Source: Vibrionaceae bacterium (GTDB lineage Bacteria > Pseudomonadota > Gammaproteobacteria > Enterobacterales > Vibrionaceae). Taken from it: a DNA stretch of 64,000 bases. Below, in pieces: positions 22,181-32,335 of the stretch (within the stretch, counting starts at the first letter, position 1; every line of letters begins with the position of its first letter). The notes under the pieces were generated by a model. That model did no database searches and was not told the DNA's origin. It worked only from the letters and a program-made list of their open reading frames with translations. The translations under genes were made by a program, and so were the position numbers. The stretch spans positions 405-64,404 of the forward strand of contig JBOFRL010000097.1 in assembly GCA_051650965.1 (NCBI GenBank), given 5' to 3'.

Positions 22181-22858
22181 TCAGCCGCACTTAGAGTCGC
22201 CGCAGTTCAGGCAAGTTTGACAGCCGTCTTTGATCACCACCGATTTTTGATGGCATTTGTTGCAAAGCACAGCGTGAACGGGGAAGCCGCTCTCTTGGCT
22301 TGCTGGCGTGGCTTTTTTCTCATCCGCCGCTACCGCTTTTTTGCTAATAACTTGCTGCAGAATACCTTCTTTAGGCTCAAGCATGCCAATTTCAAGTAGA
22401 TGTTGCTCGATCACGTTGCCAATTTCGGCGATCAGCGATGGCACATACTTGCCTTTGTTCCAGTAGCCGCCGCGCGGATCAAATACCGAGCGCAGCTCTT
22501 CAACCAAAAATGTGCAGTCGCCACCTTTACGAAATACTGCCGAGATAATGCGCGTTAAAGCGACAATCCATTGATAATGCTCAAGACTTTTGCTGTTAAT
22601 GAAGATTTCAAACGGGCGACGCAGCTCATTTTCTGTGCCTTCATTTAGCACTACATCGTTGATTGTTATAAACAAAGAGTGCTCAGAGACATGCTCTGGC
22701 GTTTTGAGCTTGTAAGTGGTGCCAAGCAGTTTTTCTGGACGCGGCATCTCTTCGTGCATCGTCTCGATGGAGATCTCAGGTGCTGAAACCGTCTCGGCTT
22801 GCTGTGCCGCGCTTTTTATCTGATAACCGACAATTTTTGCTGGTATTTTTCTAGTCAT
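22181..22858 (-). CDS. nrdJb: Class II ribonucleotide reductase small chain NrdJb (TSCPD domain)
   Basis: RPEKLLGTTYKLKTP..EH.LFITIND, RPFEIFINSK, FDPRGGYW and C-terminal CNKC...CQTCLNCGDSKCG; directly downstream of nrdJa. Confidence 0.88.
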   Translation of the reverse strand: MTRKIPAKIVGYQIKSAAQQAETVSAPEISIETMHEEMPRPEKLLGTTYKLKTPEHVSEHSLFITINDVVLNEGTENELRRPFEIFINSKSLEHYQWIVALTRIISAVFRKGGDCTFLVEELRSVFDPRGGYWNKGKYVPSLIAEIGNVIEQHLLEIGMLEPKEGILQQVISKKAVAADEKKATPASQESGFPVHAVLCNKCHQKSVVIKDGCQTCLNCGDSKCG

Positions 22859-22892
22859 GATCAATTCTTTTTTTAATGAGTGGTAAATGGGC

Positions 22893-25046
22893 TCAAAACT
22901 TGCCGTAATAGCCTTCTTTTAAGGCATCAAATAGATTGGCTGCGGTATGGAATTCGCCGTCATATTCTAGCAATTCGTTGCCTTTTGCTTCAAAAATGGT
23001 GCCATCTTCTAAAGTGAATTGGTAAACCGTGTTTTCTAAATCGCTCTCTTTCACCAAAACGCCTTGGAAAGCCTCAGGATTAAAACGAAACGTGGTGCAT
23101 CCTTTTAGCCCTTGCTCATAAGCGTACATGTAGATGTTTTTGAACGCATCAAAATCAAATTCTGTAGGAATATTAATTGTTTTCGATATTGATGAGTCGA
23201 TCCAGCGCTGCGCCGCCGCCTGCACGTTGACGTGTTGCTCAGGCGTGATGTCGTCAGAGGTGATGAAATAATCCGGCAGCTTTTTCTCAGGATCGTCGCT
23301 GTAAGGCATCGCCTGCGCGTTGATAAGCTCGCGATAAGCTAGCAGCTCAAAGCTAAAGACGTCCATGCTCTCTTTTGATTTTTTGCCCGCCTTAATGACG
23401 TTGCGCGAATAGTGGTGGGCAAAACTTGGCTCAATACCGTTGCTGGCATTGTTGGCGAGCGACAAAGCGATGGTCCCCGTCGGCGCAATTGAGCTGTGGT
23501 GCGTAAAACGCGCGCCGTGCTTGAGCAGCGCTTTGATCAGATCGGGGCGAATTTCGCCTAATTGGCGCATGTAGTGGCTGTATTTGGTGTGCAGCACTTT
23601 ACCTTTGACAACGTCGCCTTCTTTAAGGCCATCTTTACGCATTTGTGGACGTTGGCGCAGCATTTTACGTGTGACCGTAAAGTCTTGCTCAAGCACCGGC
23701 GCGCAGCCTTTTTCTTTCGCTAATTCAACAGCTTGCTCCCAGCCGGTGATCGCCATTTCTTGCGAAACCTGCTCGGTAAAGGCAACCGATGCGGCGCTGC
23801 CGTATTTGACGCCCAGCATCGTCAGCGTTGAGCCAAGCCCTAAAAAGCCCATGCCGTGGCGGCGCTTGTTTTTGATCTCTTGCTGCTGTTTTTCCAGTGG
23901 TAACTGGCTGATCTCTACAACGTTATCGAGCATGCGCGTGAAAATGGCGACCACTTTGCGATAAGCTTCCCAGTCAAATTGCGCTTGCGGCGTGAACGGG
24001 TCGCGCACGAATTTGGTCAAATTCACCGAGCCGAGCAGGCAAGCGCCATAAGGCGGCAACGGCTGCTCGCCGCACGGGTTGGTGGTGCGGATAGATTCGC
24101 AAAACCAGTTGTTATTCATGTTGTTAACTTTATCAATCAAGATAAAGCCAGGCTCGGCAAACTCGTAAGTCGAGCGCATGATGGTGTCCCAAATGGTGCG
24201 CGCTGGCAGGGTGCGGTAAATTTTGCACGCCACTTGCCCTTGCTCATTTTCCACCAGATCTTGATGCGTCGGCCAATCTGCCCACACGATGTCGCTTGCG
24301 TTATTGAGATCGAGGTTGTCTTGCGTCGCCTCTTTTTGCGTGATAGGGAAGATCAGCGGCCAATCGCTGTTGAGCTGCACCGCTTTGATAAATTCGTCGG
24401 TGATCAGCAGCGACAAGTTAAATTGGCGCAGGCGGCCGTTTTCGCGTTTGGCGCGAATAAAATCAAGGATATCGGGATGGCGGATGTCCATGGTGCCCAT
24501 TTGCGCGCCGCGTCGTCCACCAGCAGATGAAACGGTAAAACACATTTTGTCGTAGATATCCATGAACGACAGCGGCCCAGAGGTGTAAGAGCCTGCGCCG
24601 CAGACAAACGCACCGCTTGGGCGCAAGGTCGAAAAGTCATAACCGATGCCGCAGCCCGCTTTAAGGGTCAGTCCCGCTTCGTGTACCTTGGCCAAAATAT
24701 CATCCATCGAATCTTCAATGGTACCGCTTACCGTGCAGTTGATGGTTGATGTTGAAGGCTTATGCTCAAACGCGCCCGCGTTCGAGGTGATGCGGCCAGC
24801 AGGGATCGCGCCGTGACGCAGCGCCCACAAAAATTCGCGGTACCATTTTTCATTCTCTTTAGGCTCTAAGTCGCTCAGCGCCTTAGCAACGCGCATTAAA
24901 GTTTCATCAGGCGTTGTATCGATAGCTTCTCCTTGCTTGTTTTTTAAACGATATTTACTGTCCCAGATCTCTAAAGAGGTCTCTTGCAAAGGCAAAGAGA
25001 GTGTGTTGGTAGCGGCGCATTCAAAAGTGGGTTTAGCTGCGGTCAT
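22893..25046 (-). CDS. nrdJa: Adenosylcobalamin-dependent ribonucleoside-diphosphate reductase, catalytic chain NrdJa
   Basis: PAGRI, TINCTVS, GCGIGYDFSTLRP, GGRRGAQMG, active-site TNPCGEQPL, APTGT...SNGIEP and GLKGCTTFR. No ATP cone and no C-terminal resolving cysteines. Confidence 0.93.
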   Translation of the reverse strand: MTAAKPTFECAATNTLSLPLQETSLEIWDSKYRLKNKQGEAIDTTPDETLMRVAKALSDLEPKENEKWYREFLWALRHGAIPAGRITSNAGAFEHKPSTSTINCTVSGTIEDSMDDILAKVHEAGLTLKAGCGIGYDFSTLRPSGAFVCGAGSYTSGPLSFMDIYDKMCFTVSSAGGRRGAQMGTMDIRHPDILDFIRAKRENGRLRQFNLSLLITDEFIKAVQLNSDWPLIFPITQKEATQDNLDLNNASDIVWADWPTHQDLVENEQGQVACKIYRTLPARTIWDTIMRSTYEFAEPGFILIDKVNNMNNNWFCESIRTTNPCGEQPLPPYGACLLGSVNLTKFVRDPFTPQAQFDWEAYRKVVAIFTRMLDNVVEISQLPLEKQQQEIKNKRRHGMGFLGLGSTLTMLGVKYGSAASVAFTEQVSQEMAITGWEQAVELAKEKGCAPVLEQDFTVTRKMLRQRPQMRKDGLKEGDVVKGKVLHTKYSHYMRQLGEIRPDLIKALLKHGARFTHHSSIAPTGTIALSLANNASNGIEPSFAHHYSRNVIKAGKKSKESMDVFSFELLAYRELINAQAMPYSDDPEKKLPDYFITSDDITPEQHVNVQAAAQRWIDSSISKTINIPTEFDFDAFKNIYMYAYEQGLKGCTTFRFNPEAFQGVLVKESDLENTVYQFTLEDGTIFEAKGNELLEYDGEFHTAANLFDALKEGYYGKF

Positions 25047-25223
25047 TAGTACTTTTTACCTTAAAATTGTTTTGAATAAACGACATAAAAGTGGTGCAAA
25101 TTGCTATTTTAGCAATACTTTATGGCAAAAGTCATGAGATATTATGTTTTGTAAAATTGTAATTTGAGTAACAGACGGCGATTGCATACATTTTGTGGTT
25201 TTGTTTTTTATTGGCGAGGGTTG

Positions 25224-25239
25224 GCACAATATAAGGGGT
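25224..25239. promoter_or_regulatory. Candidate NrdR box upstream of nrdJa
   Basis: GCACAATATAAGGGGT, about 12/16 against the recalled consensus acaCwAtATaTwGtgt. A weaker second candidate lies at 25183-25198. Confidence 0.3.
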
Positions 25240-25640
25240 TTGCTGTTTTTGCAATGGTGCGGCGCAAAATTTTTTTGTTGCAGAAAAGTGATGAAAAAAC
25301 GCTTGAAAAATCGTTTTTATGTTGTGATTTTGTTGCTCTTGTTTGTTTTTTGTTCCGTAGTGGGTTGCGCAGGCTTTTTTGCTTGTCGAGGATACTGGAA
25401 AAAATAAAAATTTAAAGTTTTTTTGCAAAAAAAACGAACCGTAATCTTAAAAAATATTATGCAACAGCTTGTTTGCTAAGCGGTAAAAAAAGAGCGCAAT
25501 GAACGCGCGCATTGTAGCGCGCTCGCGCCTTAAGCGTGACTTTTTTGCCATTTTTCTGCCGCAAAAATCCATTCGCTTTGTCAATGATTGCAACGAATAA
25601 AAAATAATTAAAAACAATATATTATATGCAAAATAAAGCG

Positions 25641-25669
25641 ATTTAGATGTTTAAGGTGCGGTGTATAAT
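25641..25669 (+). promoter_or_regulatory. Putative promoter of mrr
   Basis: Perfect TATAAT at 25664-25669 with a weak TTTAGA-like -35, about 85 bp before the ATG. Confidence 0.35.
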
Positions 25670-25754
25670 GCTCGCCGCGTCTTTTCCCTTTTTCATTTAG
25701 CAAGCTGGGAGCGGCGCTGCCAACTATCTCATAAACGTAAAGCAAAGGTCGAGG

Positions 25755-26699
25755 ATGATAGAGACAATACCCACTTATGAAGCGATGATGCCTGTAGTGC
25801 TCAATGTGCTCGCCGATGGTCAGCCAAAATCAATCAGGCAAGTTTACAGTGAAGTTGCTATTTCTTTTGGTTTTAGCGAAGAGCAGCTTAACTTAATGGT
25901 CTCTAGCGGCAAACAAAGTTATGTCGAAAATCGTATCGGCTGGGCTAAAACTTATTTGGTCAAGGCGGGGCTGATCCATCAGCCAAGGCGCGCCGTGTGT
26001 CAACTGACAAAAGCAGGCGCACTGGCACTGGCCAGCAAACAGGTGATAAATAACAGCTACTTAAGGCAATTTGCGACCTTTGATGATTTTACTAGCACGC
26101 ATCCAAGCAGCAAAGCTGTTTCTGTTGATCAAACAAGCTCCATGAACTCGCTCTTGCAAACGCATTGTGAAAATACCCAAACCCCAACTGAGATGATCGC
26201 CAGCGCTTTTCACGAACTCAACGTCGCGCTTGCTGACGAATTGATAGAGTTAATTCATACCTTATCACCACGCTTTTTTGAGCAGCTGGTGGTCGATTTG
26301 ATGCTTGCGATGGGCTACGGCGGCCGGCAAAAGGACGCGGGGCAAGCCACGCAGTACAGCAGCGATGGCGGCATTGATGGCATCATTAAAGAGGATAAAC
26401 TCGGGCTTGAGTCTATCTACCTGCAAGCGAAGCGCTACCGCGATAAAACCATCGGCCGGCCGGAAATTCAAGCCTTTGCCGGCGCGCTCGACATGCACCA
26501 CGCACGCAAAGGGGTGTTCATTACCACCTCAACCTTTAGCAAAGACGCCCACCATTACGTAAGCCGCATTGAAAAACGTATCGTGCTGATTGACGGCAGC
26601 GAGCTTGCCGCGCTGATGATTGCGCACGACGTCGGCGTCAGCACCCGCACGCGCTATGCGGTTAAGGCGATAGATTCTGATTATTTTTTAGATGAGTAA
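25755..26699 (+). CDS. mrr: Mrr-family type IV (modification-dependent) restriction endonuclease
   Basis: Mrr_N winged helix (IPTYEAMMPVVL; ENRIGWAKTYLVKAGLI). Catalytic domain FFEQLVVDLM..MGYG, DGGIDGII.EDKLGL..IYLQAKRY, GVFITTS.FS and VLIDG.ELA.LM. Confidence 0.93.
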   Translation: MIETIPTYEAMMPVVLNVLADGQPKSIRQVYSEVAISFGFSEEQLNLMVSSGKQSYVENRIGWAKTYLVKAGLIHQPRRAVCQLTKAGALALASKQVINNSYLRQFATFDDFTSTHPSSKAVSVDQTSSMNSLLQTHCENTQTPTEMIASAFHELNVALADELIELIHTLSPRFFEQLVVDLMLAMGYGGRQKDAGQATQYSSDGGIDGIIKEDKLGLESIYLQAKRYRDKTIGRPEIQAFAGALDMHHARKGVFITTSTFSKDAHHYVSRIEKRIVLIDGSELAALMIAHDVGVSTRTRYAVKAIDSDYFLDE

Positions 26700-26805
26700 G
26701 CGTCAAAAGTTACAGGTGCAAAAGCGCGCGGCAATTTTTTAGCCAGTACGCGGCGAAATCAGTTCGCTTGCAAAGAAAAACCGCCAGCACGGGCGGTTTT
26801 CTTGT

Positions 26806-28164
26806 TTATGCGCCAAGTGGCTCATCCACCAAGCTTTTGCTTTGCCAACGTTTGCTGCGCCAGCGCCACAGCATCGCCATCGCGCGCACCCACTCGTCGC
26901 AGGCGATAGCAATCCACACGCCAACGAGGCCATGTCCTTGATCAATACCTAAAAAATAGGAGAGCGGCACCGCAATCCCCCACATGGAGATCAGCGCCAT
27001 CAGCAAAGGAAAGCGGGCGTCGCCAGCCGCGCGCAGGGCGTTGATCACCACCAAATTAAAGGTGCGGCCGGGCTCTAAGATCAAGCTTATCAAAAACAGC
27101 TGCGCCACTTGCTCGATGATCTCTGCGTCGTCAGTCATGAGGCCGATGATGTGACGCCCGTTGAGCGCGGCAAACACAGTGATCACCACCGTCACCACCA
27201 CGCCAAGCTTGAGGCTGCGCATCAGCTGGCTGTAGGCGGCGTCAAACTGGCGCGCGCCGACCAGATGGCCGACCACGATCTCGTTGCCAAGGCCGATAGA
27301 AAAGCCAAACAGCATGATAAATAAGCAGATCTGAAAGAAATAGGATTGGCTGGCGAGCGTTTTGTCGCCAAGCAGCGCCACAAAAGCGGTGATGGTCATA
27401 AACTGCAGCATCCACGCGATATTTTCCCCCGCCGCGGGCAGGCCGATGTGCAGCACTTTTTTGAGCATCGGGCGCTCAATGCGCACAAATTTAGTCCACG
27501 ACAAAGTGAGCTGCGTCTTTTTCGCCACCAGCAAACCGAGCAGCACAACGCCTATCAGCCGTCCGGTGATGGTGCTGATAGCCACGCCTTCTACGCCAAG
27601 CTTTGGCAGGCCAAACCAGCCAAACAGCAGCAGCAAATTGCCAGCAAAAGTGATGAGGTTAATGATCAAGGTGACATACATCGCCTCTTTGGTGTGGCCG
27701 TGCGCGCGCAGCGTCGCCGCAAGGCAGAGCGCAGCCGCTTCTGGCAGCAGGCAGATGCCGATAATTTGCAGATAAAGCGTCCCTTCACCAAGCAAATGCG
27801 CGGGCAGATTCATCAAATCTAAGATCACCGGCGCGCCGCCAATGATGGCCACTGCGGCAAAGAGTCCGACCAACAAATTAAAGCTGATGGCAGTGTAAGT
27901 GACACGCTGCGCGCGCGGCGCATCGCCAGCGCCAAGGTACTGGGTGATCACAACGCTTGTGCCGATACTGACAAAACTAAACAGCGAAATCGCCAGATCA
28001 AACACTTGGTTGCCAACCGCGAGCGCTGCCACGCTTTGATAAGAGACAAGGCCGATCATAAAAGTGTTGAGCGCGCCGGTTAAAAAGTGCAGCGCAAGAT
28101 CGCAAAATAGCGGCCATGTCAGGCTAAACAGCCCTTTTGAGCCAAGTGAGGAAGTGGCTTTCAT
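26806..28164 (-). CDS. MATE family efflux transporter
   Basis: About 12 TM segments, two-fold internal repeat, N-terminal TWPLF.D...NTFMIG..S...VAALAVGNQ and DEWVR near the C-terminus. ATG at 28164 preferred. Confidence 0.9.
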   Translation of the reverse strand: MKATSSLGSKGLFSLTWPLFCDLALHFLTGALNTFMIGLVSYQSVAALAVGNQVFDLAISLFSFVSIGTSVVITQYLGAGDAPRAQRVTYTAISFNLLVGLFAAVAIIGGAPVILDLMNLPAHLLGEGTLYLQIIGICLLPEAAALCLAATLRAHGHTKEAMYVTLIINLITFAGNLLLLFGWFGLPKLGVEGVAISTITGRLIGVVLLGLLVAKKTQLTLSWTKFVRIERPMLKKVLHIGLPAAGENIAWMLQFMTITAFVALLGDKTLASQSYFFQICLFIMLFGFSIGLGNEIVVGHLVGARQFDAAYSQLMRSLKLGVVVTVVITVFAALNGRHIIGLMTDDAEIIEQVAQLFLISLILEPGRTFNLVVINALRAAGDARFPLLMALISMWGIAVPLSYFLGIDQGHGLVGVWIAIACDEWVRAMAMLWRWRSKRWQSKSLVDEPLGA

Positions 28165-28356
28165 CGTAAACCTAAAAGTTAAAAAAGTGTTATTTAACTT
28201 TATGTTATACATGCTTTCAAGTTTTGCTTGGTGAGAAAAACAAGGCTGCGACGGCTGTGCTTATGTATGGTGAAAAGCATTCGCTAAGACGTTTTGCGCG
28301 TTGAGTTTTATGGCGCACGCACATAGAATGCATGCACTTTTGCGACAAGGGCAATT

Positions 28357-29553
28357 ATGATGAATGCAAGTGTATATCTGGCGAAGGGGCGAGAGAAGTC
28401 GCTGCTGCGCCGGCATCCGTGGATTTTTTCTAAGGCGATAGCGCGCGTTGTCGGCAAGCCTGTGAGCGGAGAAAGTGTAGAAGTTTTTAGCCACGAAGGT
28501 GCGTGGCTGGCGCGCGCGGCGTGGTCGGAAACGTCGCAGATCCGTGCGCGCGTGTGGACTTTTGCGCAAGATGAAGCGGTTGACGCTGACTTTTTTGTGC
28601 GCCGCCTACAATACGCGGCGGCCGCGCGTGCTGAGCTGCCAAGCTTGCAAAATTGCACCGGTTTTCGCTTGTGCGCCGCCGAATCCGACGGTTTGCCAGG
28701 CCTCGTCATTGACAGCTACGCCAATTATTTGGTTTGCCAATTTTTAAGCGCTGGCGCGCACTATCAGCGCGAGCTGATCATTGCTGCACTTCGCCAGCTT
28801 TTCCCTGAGCAAGCCATTTATGAGCGCTCTGATGTTGCTGTACGTAAAAAGGAAGGACTAGATGAAACGACGGGTGTTATTGCTGGGGAGGCGCCGCCTG
28901 CGCAGGTTTGTATTACTGAAAACGACGGAGTAAAAATCTTAGTCGACATTGCGCACGGACATAAAACCGGTTTTTATCTGGATCAACGCGACAATCGGCG
29001 CATTGCGGCAAATTATGTGCGCGGCAAACGCGTACTGAACTGCTTTTGCTACACCGGCGGCTTTGGCGTGTATGCGCTCAAGGGCGGCGCGCGCGAGGTG
29101 ATCAATGTCGATTTGTCACAGCCAGCGCTTGATATCGCTAAGCAAAACGTGGAGTTAAATGGCCTTGATCTTAGCAAGGCACAATTTATTCGCCACGACG
29201 TGTTTAAACTGCTGCGCCAATATCAGGCCAGCGGCGAAAAGTTTGACGTGATTGTGCTTGACCCGCCTAAGTTTGCAGAAAGCAAAGCGCAGGTGCCAGG
29301 GGCTTGCCGCGGCTACAAAGATATCAACCGCTTAGCGTTTGAGCTGCTCGCGCCAGGTGGCAGACTGCTGACGTTTTCTTGCTCGGGACTGATGGAGCCA
29401 AGTCTGTTTCAAAAAATCGTGGCAGACGCTGCGCTTGATGCTGGGCGCGACGCGCAGATCATCGAGCAGCTGGCGCAGGCAAGCGATCACGTGGTAGCAA
29501 CGTTTTACCCTGAAGGCTTGTATTTAAAAGGGTTAGTGGTGCAGGTGCGTTGA
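28357..29553 (+). CDS. rlmI: 23S rRNA m5C1962 methyltransferase RlmI (YccW)
   Basis: [18 protein letters not shown] domain, [35 protein letters not shown] and YPEGLYLKG. Confidence 0.97.
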   Translation: MMNASVYLAKGREKSLLRRHPWIFSKAIARVVGKPVSGESVEVFSHEGAWLARAAWSETSQIRARVWTFAQDEAVDADFFVRRLQYAAAARAELPSLQNCTGFRLCAAESDGLPGLVIDSYANYLVCQFLSAGAHYQRELIIAALRQLFPEQAIYERSDVAVRKKEGLDETTGVIAGEAPPAQVCITENDGVKILVDIAHGHKTGFYLDQRDNRRIAANYVRGKRVLNCFCYTGGFGVYALKGGAREVINVDLSQPALDIAKQNVELNGLDLSKAQFIRHDVFKLLRQYQASGEKFDVIVLDPPKFAESKAQVPGACRGYKDINRLAFELLAPGGRLLTFSCSGLMEPSLFQKIVADAALDAGRDAQIIEQLAQASDHVVATFYPEGLYLKGLVVQVR

Positions 29554-29578
29554 TCTCGCCTTGCCAATTCCTTAAGAA

Positions 29579-29603
29579 AAAAGCTCATCATTGATGAGCT
29601 TTT
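29579..29603. terminator. Bidirectional terminator rlmI/speA
   Basis: AAAAGCTCATCA-T-TGATGAGCTTTT. Confidence 0.8.
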
Positions 29604-29637
29604 GTTTTTATTAACCTTGCGCGGTTAAGCTTTTTGT

Positions 29638-31530
29638 TTAGTTTTCTTCAAGATAGGTGTAGCCGTTGATCCCAGACTCAAGCTCGGCCAAAAACTGCAG
29701 CTGCAGCTGCGGCTCGATGTTGCTCGCCTGCATTTGCACTTTGTAGCGCGCCAGCAGCTCTTTAGGATCAAAGCGCACGTATTCAAGCATATCGGCAACG
29801 GTGTCGCCCTCGCCAAGCTGCTTCCAGCTGATCTCGCCATCTTTGATCAGCACTTCAACACTCGCGGTATCGCCAAACAGGTTGTGCATATTGCCGAGCG
29901 TCTCTTGATAGGCGCCAACTAAGAAAAAGCCGATCAGCGGCGGATCTTCTGGGTCGTAAGGGGCAAGCGGCATGGTGCTTGCGATCCCGTCGCCATCGAT
30001 GTAGCTTTCAATTGCGCCATCGGAGTCGCAAGTGATGTCGAGCAGCACGGCGCGGCGCGTTGGCGGCTCGTGCAGGCGCTCAAGCGGCAACACAGGGAAA
30101 AGCTGATTGATCCCCCACGCATCCGGCAAGGATTGGAACAGCGAGAAATTGAGATACAGCTTATCGGCCAAACGCTCTTGCAATTCGTCGATGATCACGC
30201 GCTGCGCGCGGTGGTTAGGGTTGAGCTGCTCGCTGATCTTTAAGCACAAAGCCAGATGCAGCTGCTCGGCATACGCGCGCTGCTTAAGATCTAACAGGCC
30301 GACGGTGTACTGGGTGTGCACTTCCGCTAAATCAAACTGACTTTCGTGCAGCCAAGCGCGCAGCGAATATTTCTCGGTCGGATGGCACAATTCCTGCCAC
30401 GTTTCCCACATGCTGTGCAAAATGCGCGGTGCGTCGGGGCTTGGCGGCGGCGGGTTGCTTGGCTCGTAGCGCTCAACGCCGATAACGTTGGTTACCAAAA
30501 CGGCGTGGTGCGCGGTGGTGGCGCGGCCCGATTCGCTGATGATGAGCGGGTGCGGCAGATTGTGCTCGCGGCACGCTTGGCCGATCCCCCAAACAACAGT
30601 GGAGGCGTATTCGCTGAGGCTGTAGTTGACTGAGCAGTCCGACTGGGTGTGGTTGCCGTCGTAGTCGATGCCAAGGCCGCCGCCGACATCAAAGCAGCTG
30701 ATCTGCACGCCAAGTTTGTGCAGCTCGACATAAAAGCGCGCACTTTCACGCACGCCGGTGGCGATGTCGCGAATATTGCTCAGCTGCGAGCCAAGGTGAA
30801 AATGCAGCAGCTGCAGGCTGTCGAGGCTGTCAACGGCGCGCAGCTCATCCACCAGCTGCAACACTTGCTCCGCTGAAAGGCCAAATTTGGACTTTTCACC
30901 GCCCGAGGACTGCCATTTGCCACTCCCTTGCGAGGCCAGACGCGCGCGCACGCCAAGGCGCGGTTTGACATTAAGCAGACGCGCTTCTTCCAAAACGATG
31001 GCAATTTCTGAAAGCTTTTCAATCACTAAATAAACTTTGTGACCGAGCTTTTCCCCGATCAGCGCGGTGCGAATGTATTCGCGATCCTTGTAGCCGTTGC
31101 AGACAATCAGACTTTGCGCTTGATTGGCGTAGCCGAGCACCGTCATCAGCTCAGCTTTTGAGCCAGCCTCAAGCCCGAGCGGCTGCCCTGCTTGCAAGAG
31201 CGATTCGACAACGCGGCGCTGCTGGTTCACTTTGATTGGATAAACAAGCATGTACTTGTTTTCATAGCCAAAATTTTCACAGGCGCTGGCGAAGGCGTTG
31301 TTGATCAGGCTTAAGCGGTGCTGCAAAATTTGAGAAAAACTAAACAAAATCGGCATTTGCGTGCCTTGAGCTTGGATCTCGCGCGCAAGCTTAGCCAGAT
31401 TGATCTGCGTAGGCCGCTGCGGATCAGGGCAGACTGTCACATCGCCATTAGCGTCAACATCAAAATAGCCAACGCCCCATTGCGCGACATTGTAGGTATT
31501 TAAAGCTTGCGGGATAGCGGAAGCCGACAT
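29638..31530 (-). CDS. speA: Biosynthetic arginine decarboxylase
   Basis: VYPIKVNQ (PLP Lys), [38 protein letters not shown] and DITCDSDG. Confidence 0.96.
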   Translation of the reverse strand: MSASAIPQALNTYNVAQWGVGYFDVDANGDVTVCPDPQRPTQINLAKLAREIQAQGTQMPILFSFSQILQHRLSLINNAFASACENFGYENKYMLVYPIKVNQQRRVVESLLQAGQPLGLEAGSKAELMTVLGYANQAQSLIVCNGYKDREYIRTALIGEKLGHKVYLVIEKLSEIAIVLEEARLLNVKPRLGVRARLASQGSGKWQSSGGEKSKFGLSAEQVLQLVDELRAVDSLDSLQLLHFHLGSQLSNIRDIATGVRESARFYVELHKLGVQISCFDVGGGLGIDYDGNHTQSDCSVNYSLSEYASTVVWGIGQACREHNLPHPLIISESGRATTAHHAVLVTNVIGVERYEPSNPPPPSPDAPRILHSMWETWQELCHPTEKYSLRAWLHESQFDLAEVHTQYTVGLLDLKQRAYAEQLHLALCLKISEQLNPNHRAQRVIIDELQERLADKLYLNFSLFQSLPDAWGINQLFPVLPLERLHEPPTRRAVLLDITCDSDGAIESYIDGDGIASTMPLAPYDPEDPPLIGFFLVGAYQETLGNMHNLFGDTASVEVLIKDGEISWKQLGEGDTVADMLEYVRFDPKELLARYKVQMQASNIEPQLQLQFLAELESGINGYTYLEEN

Positions 31531-31820
31531 GGTATTTTTCCTTCTTGTGATAGCGCTAGTAGTCAGGCAACGATGAGAATTTGGGCATAATTTACTTTAA
31601 GTTGAACTATTTTTGCACGCGAAACTATTTACAGCTAGCAACAAAATAGAAGTTTAGCCATGTAGTTGTGGCGAAAATTGCTTTATGCTGCGCAAAGGTT
31701 GCCCGTTAACCAGAAAGTGCCAGATCTTTTGTGAAAAATGTTGCATTATTTAGCTGCGTGAAATTTCATTTTTGTGTTGTGTCCAGTTATGCTTGAAGTA
31801 ACCCACATGAGGAATATCGT

Positions 31821-32081
31821 ATGGCAAAAATTATTCATCAGACAGACCAGCAACAATTTATCTGTGTTGAAGAGGGGTTAGAGGCGAAGCTGCGTTACCG
31901 TCAGCTGGACGAAACGACCATTGACGCGTTTAGCACTTTTGTGCCGCCCGAGCTGCGCTCGCAAGGCATAGCGGATCAGCTGGCCAGCGCGCTGTTTGAG
32001 TGGTGCAATCAGCAAGGCTATCGCATTTACCCAAGCTGTCGTTATATCGAAAAATGGTTGCAGCGCAACTCTAACCGCTAG
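31821..32081 (+). CDS. Small GNAT family N-acetyltransferase (YjdJ-like)
   Basis: TFVPPELRSQGIA acetyl-CoA motif and PSCRYI; 86 aa; GAGG RBS upstream. Confidence 0.85.
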   Translation: MAKIIHQTDQQQFICVEEGLEAKLRYRQLDETTIDAFSTFVPPELRSQGIADQLASALFEWCNQQGYRIYPSCRYIEKWLQRNSNR

Positions 32082-32224
32082 CGTTTTACCTTCCTTTTGC
32101 CTTTTCCTTTTGCATAGCGCCGCTTGTGGCGCTTTTTTTATACGGCGATGCGCTTTTTTTTGTAACGGCTCTCTCCTTTTAATAAAATTTTCCGCGTACA
32201 AAGAAAACCAGCTTGAAACTCACT

Positions 32225-32238
32225 TGTAAACGTTTACA
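32225..32238. promoter_or_regulatory. GalR/GalS (LacI-family) operator upstream of galE
   Basis: Perfect palindrome TGTAAACGTTTACA matching TGnAAnCGnTTnCA. Confidence 0.75.
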
Positions 32239-32240
32239 CT

Positions 32241-32284
32241 TGTGGTGTAGATCACGGAACATTCCGTCTCGCTCTTGGTAAACT
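32241..32284 (+). promoter_or_regulatory. CRP site and extended -10 (class II CRP-dependent gal promoter)
   Basis: TGTGG-tgtaga-TCACG at 32241-32256 and TGn-TAAACT at 32276-32284. CRP centre falls about 42 bp before the predicted start site. Confidence 0.65.
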
Positions 32285-32335
32285 AACCCAAAGTCTGCAA
32301 TAGACGCTCTTATTTGCAACGGTTAAGGATTGAAA

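Noticed and set aside
25132-25428. Three overlapping short ORFs in the nrdJa-mrr spacer
   Set aside because: Products are dictated by poly-A/poly-T tracts (K/F-rich), with weak starts and no recognisable features.
25670-25735. Possible cobalamin riboswitch upstream of nrdJa
   Set aside because: An AGGGAA-like word exists on the minus strand, but the following GGTG…AATCC and B12-box elements are absent.
28195-28222. dif-like sequence (ATTTAAC…) near the MATE/rlmI junction, and a TATTATGTT match near 25140
   Set aside because: Only part of the XerD arm matches; there is no XerC arm.
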